A DNA stretch of 62,758 nt, filler included, from Stramenopiles sp. TOSAG23-6 (GCA_900128565.1; 46 parts of 46 records of this genome joined end to end with filler, not necessarily neighbours in it); one strand, 5' to 3'. Counted from the first letter of the whole stretch, positions 24,701 to 39,895 are shown. The notes: a model not told the origin generated them from the sequence alone. Made by a program: numbers and translations.

Positions 24701-27700
24701 AAAGGGAGCTCTCCCCCATCAACCCGATATACAATATCTCGGTTGCCTCCGCGAAGAAGGCTTTTGTGAACGTTTTTCATTCCCGATATATACTTTTCCG
24801 CGATAATCCGAATTGGATCATACAAGGAGGTAGACCCATCGGGATTGTCCAACAGTTGAACAAAAGCAAGTAATTGCTCAGCATTCAAAAGTTTAATATT
24901 TTCAAAAACTGTGTGAGGAATCGCATACTGAAAAGTTCTGTATCTGTTACGTCCTTCATCATCTGGAACCTGATCCCTGCTGATAACATAACGATGCCTA
25001 TAATGAGTAGAACCGTGATTGTTTCCTTCAACTTGAGCGATCATTTGATCAACTTCCTTTGGGTCAACGTATCCCACAGCTTTAGGCATTTGACTAAATA
25101 AATCAAACATTTTTCCTGCTGTTGTGCTCAATTTGGCTATCTCACTTGCCTTAGTTGGATTATTTATCATGGCGATTAACACAAAATCAGGAATTTCTCG
25201 CATAGACTCTGGAACATATTTGAAATCCATAGATTCAAGAAGTGCGGCTTTTACTATGTCAGCATCATCTTTCAGCCTGTCAGATAAAACTCGAAACATA
25301 CAAGACTTGATTGGACTAGACATGAACTTGACTTTATCATCAAAAATATTCACATCACTGCAATTTTTTTTTAGGGATTCAAGATTTTCTACGAGACTGT
25401 CCGGAGCATAACTGCTTTTGGTTCTTTCTATCATAATAGAAATGACCTCATCGTGACATTGCAGGTTTTCTGGAAGTGTTTTATAGATGGATTTAGTGCA
25501 GTACAATGATGCAATAAGAACATCTTGATCATCCCGTAAAGCTTCCGGTATATTCTGAAAGCATTCCTCTGGCGTATAGTTGTTCAGAGCATCTCTTTTC
25601 AATAACGCAATTACCACCTCTTTATCGTTTATCAAATCACCAACGTCTTGCCATATAAACGAAGAATAGTCAACATAACCGTCACGAGTAACTTCTGCAA
25701 TAACTTCATCTTTATTATGCCAGTCTATTGCTTTGGTTGTACCACAAAGCAACGCAATTGCGCTTAACATAATTAGAGCTTTAGAGATCATTTTCAAGTT
25801 GATCAATTTTGATATTTACTCAGTTCCTCTTCAGCAGGTAGAACTTCTACTCACTCTTTCAAGCTTCTTTCAAGCTTCTTTCAAGCTTCTTTCAAGCTTC
25901 TTTCAAGCTNNNNNNNNNNNNNNNNNNNNNNNNNNNNNNNNNNNNNNNNNNNNTTAATTAATTAANNNNNNNNNNNNNNNNNNNNNNNNNNNNNNNNNNN
26001 NNNNNNNNNTTCAGGTTCAGGTTCAGGTTCAGGTTGAATTTTAACATCTTTGAGACGATTTTCCCCAAAAGGGAGCTCTCCCCCATCAACCCGATATACA
26101 ATATCTCGGTTGCCTCCGCGAAGAAGGCTTTTGTGAACGTTTTTCATTCCCGATATATACTTTTCCGCGATAATCCGAATTGGATCATACAAGGAGGTAG
26201 ACCCATCGGGATTGTCCAACAGTTGAACAAAAGCAAGTAATTGCTCAGCATTCAAAAGTTTAATATTTTCAAAAACTGTGTGAGGAATCGCATACTGAAA
26301 AGTTCTGTATCTGTTACGTCCTTCATCATCTGGAACCTGATCCCTGCTGATAACATAACGATGCCTATAATGAGTAGAACCGTGATTGTTTCCTTCAACT
26401 TGAGCGATCATTTGATCAACTTCCTTTGGGTCAACGTATCCCACAGCTTTAGGCATTTGACTAAATAAATCAAACATTTTTCCTGCTGTTGTGCTCAATT
26501 TGGCTATCTCACTTGCCTTAGTTGGATTATTTATCATGGCGATTAACACAAAATCAGGAATTTCTCGCATAGACTCTGGAACATATTTGAAATCCATAGA
26601 TTCAAGAAGTGCGGCTTTTACTATGTCAGCATCATCTTTCAGCCTGTCAGATAAAACTCGAAACATACAAGACTTGATTGGACTAGACATGAACTTGACT
26701 TTATCATCAAAAATATTCACATCACTGCAATTTTTTTTTAGGGATTCAAGATTTTCTACGAGACTGTCCGGAGCATAACTGCTTTTGGTTCTTTCTATCA
26801 TAATAGAAATGACCTCATCGTGACATTGCAGGTTTTCTGGAAGTGTTTTATAGATGGATTTAGTGCAGTACAATGATGCAATAAGAACATCTTGATCATC
26901 CCGTAAAGCTTCCGGTATATTCTGAAAGCATTCCTCTGGCGTATAGTTGTTCAGAGCATCTCTTTTCAATAACGCAATTACCACCTCTTTATCGTTTATC
27001 AAATCACCAACGTCTTGCCATATAAACGAAGAATAGTCAACATAACCGTCACGAGTAACTTCTGCAATAACTTCATCTTTATTATGCCAGTCTATTGCTT
27101 TGGTTGTACCACAAAGCAACGCAATTGCGCTTAACATAATTAGAGCTTTAGAGATCATTTTCAAGTTGATCAATTTTGATATTTACTCAGTTCCTCTTCA
27201 GCAGGTAGAACTTCTACTCACTCTTTCAAGCTTCTTTCAAGCTTCTTTCAAGCTTCTTTCAAGCTTCTTTCAAGCTNNNNNNNNNNNNNNNNNNNNNNNN
27301 NNNNNNNNNNNNNNNNNNNNTTAATTAATTAANNNNNNNNNNNNNNNNNNNNNNNNNNNNNNNNNNNNNNNNNNNNTTCAGGTTCAGGTTCAGGTTCAGG
27401 TTGAATTTTAACATCTTTGAGACGATTTTCCCCAAAAGGGAGCTCTCCCCCATCAACCCGATATACAATATCTCGGTTGCCTCCGCGAAGAAGGCTTTTG
27501 TGAACGTTTTTCATTCCCGATATATACTTTTCCGCGATAATCCGAATTGGATCATACAAGGAGGTAGACCCATCGGGATTGTCCAACAGTTGAACAAAAG
27601 CAAGTAATTGCTCAGCATTCAAAAGTTTAATATTTTCAAAAACTGTGTGAGGAATCGCATACTGAAAAGTTCTGTATCTGTTACGTCCTTCATCATCTGG

Positions 27701-30700
27701 AACCTGATCCCTGCTGATAACATAACGATGCCTATAATGAGTAGAACCGTGATTGTTTCCTTCAACTTGAGCGATCATTTGATCAACTTCCTTTGGGTCA
27801 ACGTATCCCACAGCTTTAGGCATTTGACTAAATAAATCAAACATTTTTCCTGCTGTTGTGCTCAATTTGGCTATCTCACTTGCCTTAGTTGGATTATTTA
27901 TCATGGCGATTAACACAAAATCAGGAATTTCTCGCATAGACTCTGGAACATATTTGAAATCCATAGATTCAAGAAGTGCGGCTTTTACTATGTCAGCATC
28001 ATCTTTCAGCCTGTCAGATAAAACTCGAAACATACAAGACTTGATTGGACTAGACATGAACTTGACTTTATCATCAAAAATATTCACATCACTGCAATTT
28101 TTTTTTAGGGATTCAAGATTTTCTACGAGACTGTCCGGAGCATAACTGCTTTTGGTTCTTTCTATCATAATAGAAATGACCTCATCGTGACATTGCAGGT
28201 TTTCTGGAAGTGTTTTATAGATGGATTTAGTGCAGTACAATGATGCAATAAGAACATCTTGATCATCCCGTAAAGCTTCCGGTATATTCTGAAAGCATTC
28301 CTCTGGCGTATAGTTGTTCAGAGCATCTCTTTTCAATAACGCAATTACCACCTCTTTATCGTTTATCAAATCACCAACGTCTTGCCATATAAACGAAGAA
28401 TAGTCAACATAACCGTCACGAGTAACTTCTGCAATAACTTCATCTTTATTATGCCAGTCTATTGCTTTGGTTGTACCACAAAGCAACGCAATTGCGCTTA
28501 ACATAATTAGAGCTTTAGAGATCATTTTCAAGTTGATCAATTTTGATATTTACTCAGTTCCTCTTCAGCAGGTAGAACTTCTACTCACTCTTTCAAGCTT
28601 CTTTCAAGCTTCTTTCAAGCTTCTTTCAAGCTTCTTTCAAGCTNNNNNNNNNNNNNNNNNNNNNNNNNNNNNNNNNNNNNNNNNNNNTTAATTAATTAAN
28701 NNNNNNNNNNNNNNNNNNNNNNNNNNNNNNNNNNNNNNNNNNNTTCAGGTTCAGGTTCAGGTTCAGGTTGAATTTTAACATCTTTGAGACGATTTTCCCC
28801 AAAAGGGAGCTCTCCCCCATCAACCCGATATACAATATCTCGGTTGCCTCCGCGAAGAAGGCTTTTGTGAACGTTTTTCATTCCCGATATATACTTTTCC
28901 GCGATAATCCGAATTGGATCATACAAGGAGGTAGACCCATCGGGATTGTCCAACAGTTGAACAAAAGCAAGTAATTGCTCAGCATTCAAAAGTTTAATAT
29001 TTTCAAAAACTGTGTGAGGAATCGCATACTGAAAAGTTCTGTATCTGTTACGTCCTTCATCATCTGGAACCTGATCCCTGCTGATAACATAACGATGCCT
29101 ATAATGAGTAGAACCGTGATTGTTTCCTTCAACTTGAGCGATCATTTGATCAACTTCCTTTGGGTCAACGTATCCCACAGCTTTAGGCATTTGACTAAAT
29201 AAATCAAACATTTTTCCTGCTGTTGTGCTCAATTTGGCTATCTCACTTGCCTTAGTTGGATTATTTATCATGGCGATTAACACAAAATCAGGAATTTCTC
29301 GCATAGACTCTGGAACATATTTGAAATCCATAGATTCAAGAAGTGCGGCTTTTACTATGTCAGCATCATCTTTCAGCCTGTCAGATAAAACTCGAAACAT
29401 ACAAGACTTGATTGGACTAGACATGAACTTGACTTTATCATCAAAAATATTCACATCACTGCAATTTTTTTTTAGGGATTCAAGATTTTCTACGAGACTG
29501 TCCGGAGCATAACTGCTTTTGGTTCTTTCTATCATAATAGAAATGACCTCATCGTGACATTGCAGGTTTTCTGGAAGTGTTTTATAGATGGATTTAGTGC
29601 AGTACAATGATGCAATAAGAACATCTTGATCATCCCGTAAAGCTTCCGGTATATTCTGAAAGCATTCCTCTGGCGTATAGTTGTTCAGAGCATCTCTTTT
29701 CAATAACGCAATTACCACCTCTTTATCGTTTATCAAATCACCAACGTCTTGCCATATAAACGAAGAATAGTCAACATAACCGTCACGAGTAACTTCTGCA
29801 ATAACTTCATCTTTATTATGCCAGTCTATTGCTTTGGTTGTACCACAAAGCAACGCAATTGCGCTTAACATAATTAGAGCTTTAGAGATCATTTTCAAGT
29901 TGATCAATTTTGATATTTACTCAGTTCCTCTTCAGCAGGTAGAACTTCTACTCACTCTTTCAAGCTTCTTTCAAGCTTCTTTCAAGCTTCTTTCAAGCTT
30001 CTTTCAAGCTNNNNNNNNNNNNNNNNNNNNNNNNNNNNNNNNNNNNNNNNNNNNTTAATTAATTAANNNNNNNNNNNNNNNNNNNNNNNNNNNNNNNNNN
30101 NNNNNNNNNNTTCAGGTTCAGGTTCAGGTTCAGGTTGAATTTTAACATCTTTGAGACGATTTTCCCCAAAAGGGAGCTCTCCCCCATCAACCCGATATAC
30201 AATATCTCGGTTGCCTCCGCGAAGAAGGCTTTTGTGAACGTTTTTCATTCCCGATATATACTTTTCCGCGATAATCCGAATTGGATCATACAAGGAGGTA
30301 GACCCATCGGGATTGTCCAACAGTTGAACAAAAGCAAGTAATTGCTCAGCATTCAAAAGTTTAATATTTTCAAAAACTGTGTGAGGAATCGCATACTGAA
30401 AAGTTCTGTATCTGTTACGTCCTTCATCATCTGGAACCTGATCCCTGCTGATAACATAACGATGCCTATAATGAGTAGAACCGTGATTGTTTCCTTCAAC
30501 TTGAGCGATCATTTGATCAACTTCCTTTGGGTCAACGTATCCCACAGCTTTAGGCATTTGACTAAATAAATCAAACATTTTTCCTGCTGTTGTGCTCAAT
30601 TTGGCTATCTCACTTGCCTTAGTTGGATTATTTATCATGGCGATTAACACAAAATCAGGAATTTCTCGCATAGACTCTGGAACATATTTGAAATCCATAG

Positions 30701-33700
30701 ATTCAAGAAGTGCGGCTTTTACTATGTCAGCATCATCTTTCAGCCTGTCAGATAAAACTCGAAACATACAAGACTTGATTGGACTAGACATGAACTTGAC
30801 TTTATCATCAAAAATATTCACATCACTGCAATTTTTTTTTAGGGATTCAAGATTTTCTACGAGACTGTCCGGAGCATAACTGCTTTTGGTTCTTTCTATC
30901 ATAATAGAAATGACCTCATCGTGACATTGCAGGTTTTCTGGAAGTGTTTTATAGATGGATTTAGTGCAGTACAATGATGCAATAAGAACATCTTGATCAT
31001 CCCGTAAAGCTTCCGGTATATTCTGAAAGCATTCCTCTGGCGTATAGTTGTTCAGAGCATCTCTTTTCAATAACGCAATTACCACCTCTTTATCGTTTAT
31101 CAAATCACCAACGTCTTGCCATATAAACGAAGAATAGTCAACATAACCGTCACGAGTAACTTCTGCAATAACTTCATCTTTATTATGCCAGTCTATTGCT
31201 TTGGTTGTACCACAAAGCAACGCAATTGCGCTTAACATAATTAGAGCTTTAGAGATCATTTTCAAGTTGATCAATTTTGATATTTACTCAGTTCCTCTTC
31301 AGCAGGTAGAACTTCTACTCACTCTTTCAAGCTTCTTTCAAGCTTCTTTCAAGCTTCTTTCAAGCTTCTTTCAAGCTNNNNNNNNNNNNNNNNNNNNNNN
31401 NNNNNNNNNNNNNNNNNNNNNTTAATTAATTAANNNNNNNNNNNNNNNNNNNNNNNNNNNNNNNNNNNNNNNNNNNNTTCAGGTTCAGGTTCAGGTTCAG
31501 GTTGAATTTTAACATCTTTGAGACGATTTTCCCCAAAAGGGAGCTCTCCCCCATCAACCCGATATACAATATCTCGGTTGCCTCCGCGAAGAAGGCTTTT
31601 GTGAACGTTTTTCATTCCCGATATATACTTTTCCGCGATAATCCGAATTGGATCATACAAGGAGGTAGACCCATCGGGATTGTCCAACAGTTGAACAAAA
31701 GCAAGTAATTGCTCAGCATTCAAAAGTTTAATATTTTCAAAAACTGTGTGAGGAATCGCATACTGAAAAGTTCTGTATCTGTTACGTCCTTCATCATCTG
31801 GAACCTGATCCCTGCTGATAACATAACGATGCCTATAATGAGTAGAACCGTGATTGTTTCCTTCAACTTGAGCGATCATTTGATCAACTTCCTTTGGGTC
31901 AACGTATCCCACAGCTTTAGGCATTTGACTAAATAAATCAAACATTTTTCCTGCTGTTGTGCTCAATTTGGCTATCTCACTTGCCTTAGTTGGATTATTT
32001 ATCATGGCGATTAACACAAAATCAGGAATTTCTCGCATAGACTCTGGAACATATTTGAAATCCATAGATTCAAGAAGTGCGGCTTTTACTATGTCAGCAT
32101 CATCTTTCAGCCTGTCAGATAAAACTCGAAACATACAAGACTTGATTGGACTAGACATGAACTTGACTTTATCATCAAAAATATTCACATCACTGCAATT
32201 TTTTTTTAGGGATTCAAGATTTTCTACGAGACTGTCCGGAGCATAACTGCTTTTGGTTCTTTCTATCATAATAGAAATGACCTCATCGTGACATTGCAGG
32301 TTTTCTGGAAGTGTTTTATAGATGGATTTAGTGCAGTACAATGATGCAATAAGAACATCTTGATCATCCCGTAAAGCTTCCGGTATATTCTGAAAGCATT
32401 CCTCTGGCGTATAGTTGTTCAGAGCATCTCTTTTCAATAACGCAATTACCACCTCTTTATCGTTTATCAAATCACCAACGTCTTGCCATATAAACGAAGA
32501 ATAGTCAACATAACCGTCACGAGTAACTTCTGCAATAACTTCATCTTTATTATGCCAGTCTATTGCTTTGGTTGTACCACAAAGCAACGCAATTGCGCTT
32601 AACATAATTAGAGCTTTAGAGATCATTTTCAAGTTGATCAATTTTGATATTTACTCAGTTCCTCTTCAGCAGGTAGAACTTCTACTCACTCTTTCAAGCT
32701 TCTTTCAAGCTTCTTTCAAGCTTCTTTCAAGCTTCTTTCAAGCTNNNNNNNNNNNNNNNNNNNNNNNNNNNNNNNNNNNNNNNNNNNNTTAATTAATTAA
32801 NNNNNNNNNNNNNNNNNNNNNNNNNNNNNNNNNNNNNNNNNNNNTTCAGGTTCAGGTTCAGGTTCAGGTTGAATTTTAACATCTTTGAGACGATTTTCCC
32901 CAAAAGGGAGCTCTCCCCCATCAACCCGATATACAATATCTCGGTTGCCTCCGCGAAGAAGGCTTTTGTGAACGTTTTTCATTCCCGATATATACTTTTC
33001 CGCGATAATCCGAATTGGATCATACAAGGAGGTAGACCCATCGGGATTGTCCAACAGTTGAACAAAAGCAAGTAATTGCTCAGCATTCAAAAGTTTAATA
33101 TTTTCAAAAACTGTGTGAGGAATCGCATACTGAAAAGTTCTGTATCTGTTACGTCCTTCATCATCTGGAACCTGATCCCTGCTGATAACATAACGATGCC
33201 TATAATGAGTAGAACCGTGATTGTTTCCTTCAACTTGAGCGATCATTTGATCAACTTCCTTTGGGTCAACGTATCCCACAGCTTTAGGCATTTGACTAAA
33301 TAAATCAAACATTTTTCCTGCTGTTGTGCTCAATTTGGCTATCTCACTTGCCTTAGTTGGATTATTTATCATGGCGATTAACACAAAATCAGGAATTTCT
33401 CGCATAGACTCTGGAACATATTTGAAATCCATAGATTCAAGAAGTGCGGCTTTTACTATGTCAGCATCATCTTTCAGCCTGTCAGATAAAACTCGAAACA
33501 TACAAGACTTGATTGGACTAGACATGAACTTGACTTTATCATCAAAAATATTCACATCACTGCAATTTTTTTTTAGGGATTCAAGATTTTCTACGAGACT
33601 GTCCGGAGCATAACTGCTTTTGGTTCTTTCTATCATAATAGAAATGACCTCATCGTGACATTGCAGGTTTTCTGGAAGTGTTTTATAGATGGATTTAGTG

Positions 33701-35478
33701 CAGTACAATGATGCAATAAGAACATCTTGATCATCCCGTAAAGCTTCCGGTATATTCTGAAAGCATTCCTCTGGCGTATAGTTGTTCAGAGCATCTCTTT
33801 TCAATAACGCAATTACCACCTCTTTATCGTTTATCAAATCACCAACGTCTTGCCATATAAACGAAGAATAGTCAACATAACCGTCACGAGTAACTTCTGC
33901 AATAACTTCATCTTTATTATGCCAGTCTATTGCTTTGGTTGTACCACAAAGCAACGCAATTGCGCTTAACATAATTAGAGCTTTAGAGATCATTTTCAAG
34001 TTGATCAATTTTGATATTTACTCAGTTCCTCTTCAGCAGGTAGAACTTCTACTCACTCTTTCAAGCTTCTTTCAAGCTTCTTTCAAGCTTCTTTCAAGCT
34101 TCTTTCAAGCTNNNNNNNNNNNNNNNNNNNNNNNNNNNNNNNNNNNNNNNNNNNNTTAATTAATTAANNNNNNNNNNNNNNNNNNNNNNNNNNNNNNNNN
34201 NNNNNNNNNNNTTCAGGTTCAGGTTCAGGTTCAGGTTGAATTTTAACATCTTTGAGACGATTTTCCCCAAAAGGGAGCTCTCCCCCATCAACCCGATATA
34301 CAATATCTCGGTTGCCTCCGCGAAGAAGGCTTTTGTGAACGTTTTTCATTCCCGATATATACTTTTCCGCGATAATCCGAATTGGATCATACAAGGAGGT
34401 AGACCCATCGGGATTGTCCAACAGTTGAACAAAAGCAAGTAATTGCTCAGCATTCAAAAGTTTAATATTTTCAAAAACTGTGTGAGGAATCGCATACTGA
34501 AAAGTTCTGTATCTGTTACGTCCTTCATCATCTGGAACCTGATCCCTGCTGATAACATAACGATGCCTATAATGAGTAGAACCGTGATTGTTTCCTTCAA
34601 CTTGAGCGATCATTTGATCAACTTCCTTTGGGTCAACGTATCCCACAGCTTTAGGCATTTGACTAAATAAATCAAACATTTTTCCTGCTGTTGTGCTCAA
34701 TTTGGCTATCTCACTTGCCTTAGTTGGATTATTTATCATGGCGATTAACACAAAATCAGGAATTTCTCGCATAGACTCTGGAACATATTTGAAATCCATA
34801 GATTCAAGAAGTGCGGCTTTTACTATGTCAGCATCATCTTTCAGCCTGTCAGATAAAACTCGAAACATACAAGACTTGATTGGACTAGACATGAACTTGA
34901 CTTTATCATCAAAAATATTCACATCACTGCAATTTTTTTTTAGGGATTCAAGATTTTCTACGAGACTGTCCGGAGCATAACTGCTTTTGGTTCTTTCTAT
35001 CATAATAGAAATGACCTCATCGTGACATTGCAGGTTTTCTGGAAGTGTTTTATAGATGGATTTAGTGCAGTACAATGATGCAATAAGAACATCTTGATCA
35101 TCCCGTAAAGCTTCCGGTATATTCTGAAAGCATTCCTCTGGCGTATAGTTGTTCAGAGCATCTCTTTTCAATAACGCAATTACCACCTCTTTATCGTTTA
35201 TCAAATCACCAACGTCTTGCCATATAAACGAAGAATAGTCAACATAACCGTCACGAGTAACTTCTGCAATAACTTCATCTTTATTATGCCAGTCTATTGC
35301 TTTGGTTGTACCACAAAGCAACGCAATTGCGCTTAACATAATTAGAGCTTTAGAGATCATTTTCAAGTTGATCAATTTTGATATTTACTCAGTTCCTCTT
35401 CAGCAGGTAGAACTTCTACTCACTCTTTCAAGCTTCTTTCAAGCTTCTTTCAAGCTTCTTTCAAGCTTCTTTCAAGCT
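20542..35478. repeat. Eleven redundant copies of one 1267-bp contig
   Basis: Period of 1367 including the artificial spacer; identical ORF translations; ends in (TTCAGG)n and (TTCAAGCTTCT)n microsatellites. Confidence 0.95.
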
Positions 35479-36034
35479 NNNNNNNNNNNNNNNNNNNNNN
35501 NNNNNNNNNNNNNNNNNNNNNNTTAATTAATTAANNNNNNNNNNNNNNNNNNNNNNNNNNNNNNNNNNNNNNNNNNNNCCTTCTTTATAGGCTTAGCAAT
35601 CGCCATATCTAGTGTAGCTACATGCCTAGCAACACGATTGAGCCACCGAGTAGCGGTATTCTTACCCATTAGTTTCAACATAGTCTCTTCGCGCTGTTTG
35701 CGTATCTCACCTGCGTTTTTTTTCTTTCCTCTCGCCTGCGTTTGCACAATTGCTTTTCTAACCATTCACAATTTATATACTTTGAAGCTTACAATTAGAT
35801 TTTATTCATAGAATATTCCAATTGTAACATGTATTGACTCGATAATAAAAGGAATATTTGTCTTTAGGGACTTGTTTTGAGACGTCGACCGTTGCCGTTT
35901 TCGAAGCTGACTCGACCACAGCGACAGGTTTGTGTTTTTTTGGTGTTTTGAATGAACTATAGAAGAAGGTGTAGCTTAGAAAGTTCTAAATCTCACCTTA
36001 TTATTCGATAAGTGTTATCAAAATATAGGTTACA

Positions 36035-36845
36035 ATGTTTAGTAGAAGTAATCGCAAAAACATATCCACTCTTCGTGGTGAAAAGAGATATCAAACATTT
36101 GCTGCAGCATTTAAGGGTGCCACTACCGTTGGAGACAAAAGTGTACGAGGTACACAAATGGAACAAAACGAGTTTAGAAAACAGGCTACGAAGAAGGAGC
36201 AAGCAGAAATGAAACAGAAGCGGGAAAAATCCCTTAGATCAATAAAACTGAATGAAAAATCAATGAAAGTTCTAGAAAGAGTTCGAAGTGCTTTGAATAA
36301 AAGATGGGGAGATGATGAGCTCCGTTATGCTTACATGCAGTGTAATACTGATAAAAACGGTTTCGTAGATAAAAGCGAAATGACAAATCTACTGCTTAAA
36401 TGGGATCCACGTATAACCCGACCTGATATTGCGTGCGTCATTAATGCATGTGATCCACAAAATACAGGAAAAATATCATTTACAAACTTCGTCAATGTTC
36501 TGGGAAAACGTGAACAATTTGTAAGCAATTATGACGTGGAGTATCGACATCCCCCAAAAAGTGCTTATGCTGAAGTCTGCCATAAATATAACCAGTCATC
36601 ATGGGATCGCGTAGAACGTCAATCAATAATTGTAAAACCAGTAGATGTCGATTCAATGGCTGATGAAGAATCTGAAGAAGCTAATGATAAACAAAACAAA
36701 AGTGGTGGTTGTGAACGCGACAACGAAATAGAAGAATCTCCTGTTGAAAATGTAATTAAAGAATCACCTGTTGAAAATGTAGTTGAAGAATCACCTGTTG
36801 GAAATGCAGTTGAAGAATCACAAGTTGAAAATGTAGTTGAAGAAT
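36035..36845 (+). CDS. EF-hand protein with C-terminal EESPVENVV repeats
   Basis: CNTDKNGFVDKSEM and CDPQNTGKISFTNF EF-hand pair. Confidence 0.75.
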
Positions 36846-36980
36846 NNNNNNNNNNNNNNNNNNNNNNNNNNNNNNNNNNNNNNNNNNNNTTAATTAATTA
36901 ANNNNNNNNNNNNNNNNNNNNNNNNNNNNNNNNNNNNNNNNNNNNAAAAAATTCAAAATTGAAAAAAAAATAAAACATGC

Positions 36981-37181
36981 ATGCAAACACGTCACTCTGT
37001 GATACAAACCTGTTCGCATCAGAGTATGTTCATATGGCGAGTCTGAAATTCTTTCTTTTTTCCAACGTAATACACTGATTAGTAATAATGGTGTTAGTAT
37101 ACAATATATCCCAATAGCTATAATCATCAAGCATAAAAAGAATTGATGACGTGGAGTTATGAAATGTGAAGAAATAATTTT

Positions 37182-37212
<31 letters not shown>

Positions 37213-37545
37213 GTAAAAAATTTTCTATGAAAAAAAAAATTTAATTTTTTTTTTTTTTTTTTTTTTTAAAAAAACAAAAAAAACTTTTCTACAAAAAAAA
37301 AATAAAATGAATAATGAACACAAACAAACATTCGATTCTTGGATCTGCACGTAAAACAAAAACATCATTACCAAAAGAACGACAATCAAATATCGATACA
37401 ATGACACGTGTCACTGGCATATACGACAAAAGTAATGTCCAAAGACAAATATCAAAATAAATCCACCATATTATATATAAAAATATGTCAATTTTTTTTA
37501 TTACATTACATTTGGTACAAAATTTACTATGAAAAATGTTTTTTT

Positions 37546-37585
<40 letters not shown>

Positions 37586-38171
37586 TTTTTTTTTGGTAAA
37601 AAATTTTGGTAAAAAAAAAAATTTTTTTTTTGTTTAGGTACAAAATTTCGTATAAAAAAAAAAAAAAAAAAAAAAAAAACGTACATCGTCGTAAAGACAG
37701 ATTTTGTATTTCAAATGTAGACATTTTTTCCCACCAAAGTTTTTCTCTTTTTTCGTGTTTTTTTGTAGTCAATTGTCTATTAAGAATTCGTGTTTGTTCA
37801 GTTATTTCTGGAGTAGAAAAAGAATTTCGTGTATTTTTTGTTATATGTGAAATATCTGATAAATTTGACATTCGGCTTTGAAGTCTTGAAAATTTTCTTT
37901 GTAAACCAAATTGAAATGTTTCAGTATTTTTTGTATTTTTTGTATTTTTTGAATTTTTTGATTTTTTTGTATTTTTTGTATTTTTTGTATTATTCTCAAA
38001 AGTTGTAGGGTTAGGGTTAGGGTTAGGGCTTGTGATTGTATTTGTAAGTGGTTTAATTCTATTTTTAGCATAATATTTTCGTACAATTGGTGAAATTATA
38101 CGATTTCGTGTTTGAACAAATATTTCACACAGTGTAATGATAGAAAAAGAACAAATAATTGGAAGATATGC
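36981..38171 (-). CDS. Multi-pass membrane protein; exons 38171-37685, 37467-37326, 37158-36981
   Basis: Spliced frame RR|WWIYF...SYMPVTRVIVSIFDC...LRADPRIEC|LTPRH...; introns 37684-37468 and 37325-37159 end in AT; GCATGT donor at 36980. Confidence 0.7.
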
Positions 38172-38312
38172 ATGAAATGTAAGACAATATCTAGAAAAAT
38201 CTAAAAATTTTTNNNNNNNNNNNNNNNNNNNNNNNNNNNNNNNNNNNNNNNNNNNNTTAATTAATTAANNNNNNNNNNNNNNNNNNNNNNNNNNNNNNNN
38301 NNNNNNNNNNNN

Positions 38313-39557
38313 ATTTCCTTTTATTGTGACCATTGTCAATTCAGGGCTTTCGGATATTTCTGTTTTATTATTATTCATCAAGACAATTCGGGATTCGTAT
38401 AAACTTAATTGAGCAATAGAAAGAGTACGAAGTAAATTTCCAACAGGTAATGACACCATTGCACTAGGAATTGTAATGTTGCCATCTACTTCTGGGTCGC
38501 CACTGCGACTCATAGAAAATAATGCCTTTTCACTACCTCCCTGTTGATCTAATATTAATACAGCGATAGCTCCAACTGCTTGTGCATGTTTAATCTTTTG
38601 TGCAAATGTACATGAACCACGATCTATCATCGCAATTCTTCCTTCGAATAAACCATCACATGCTTTGAAACCTGGGTAACTATTGACTTCATCATTATCA
38701 TCATCATCATCACACACAAATGGCTCACATCCATCAGTATTAGTTTTATCATAGACAACAACTCCTGTTAACCCTTCCTCATCAAAATCAGGACCAAATT
38801 CTGCCAGAGAGATTCGATGTTCCATAGTACTAAATCTATCCCATTCTTGAGATGTTTCTTTATCCCATTCTTGAGATGTTTCTTTATCCCATTCTTGAGA
38901 TGTTTTTTTATCCCATTCTTGAGATGTTTCTTTTATTGTTGCAGAGTCTTCTAATTGTTCTAACTTTTCTGATTTGGGATGATCTGATTCTAATTTATGT
39001 AAATATAATTTTTCATCAGGTAATTTATGAATACGCATCGNNNNNNNNNNNNNNNNNNNNNNNNNNNNNNNNNNNNNNNNNNNNNNNNNNNNNNNNNNNN
39101 NNNNNNNNNNNNNNNNNNNNNNNNNNNNNNNNNNNNNNNNNNNNNNNNNNNNNNNNNNNNNNNNNNNNNNNNNNNNNNNNNNNNNNNNNNNNNNNNNNNN
39201 NNNNNGTCGAAGTCGAATAATATTTTCTTCATTTTGAGACAAGATTTCACTAGTATAATTTGATGTACATTGATTGACCGGTTCACTCGAGTTTTCTTTA
39301 GAATTAATAGAATCAAGAAGCATCTTGATATCGTCGTTTAGACTAGTATCATAGGATAAAAGTTTTTCATTAGATTTCGCAAATAAAATTTCTAGAGACG
39401 TTCTATCAATTGCACCAACATCTGGTAACAGCACCTCATCCAAATTTAAAAATGTCACTTTCTTTCTTTGTGTATTTGTTGTTTCGTTTTCTTCTTCTTC
39501 TTCTTCTTCTGTAGATGTGTCCGATTCAACATCAATTACTTGAATTAAATGTTCCAA
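38313..39557 (-). CDS. Protease-associated (PA) domain protein, possibly EDEM3-like
   Basis: AEFGP...DGC...GRIAMIDRGSCTFAQKIKHAQAVGAIAVLI...ITIPSAMVS; 21-bp ETSQEWD repeats; internal N gap. Confidence 0.75.
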
Positions 39558-39895
39558 TTAAAAAAAAAATAAAACAAATNNNNNNNNNNNNNNNNNNNNN
39601 NNNNNNNNNNNNNNNNNNNNNNNTTAATTAATTAANNNNNNNNNNNNNNNNNNNNNNNNNNNNNNNNNNNNNNNNNNNNGCTACGTATATATACATAGAA
39701 TAATCAATCAAACTGTTTGGCGCCAAAAAAAACCCTAACCCTAAACATCAAAAAAATTGAAATTATTTGTTTCAGTTGCGGCTTATTTGTTTTAGCGGTA
39801 GGTTTTGTCGGGTTTTGTCGGGTTTTGTACCGGTACCCTATACAAACTAACGTAGGCATACGTAGACGTTCTCATATCCCTCATATAACAAGAAC

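Noticed and set aside
20542-35478. Tandem gene amplification of 11 copies
   Set aside because: Copies are separate, identically truncated contigs joined by the artificial spacer; adjacency comes from length sorting.
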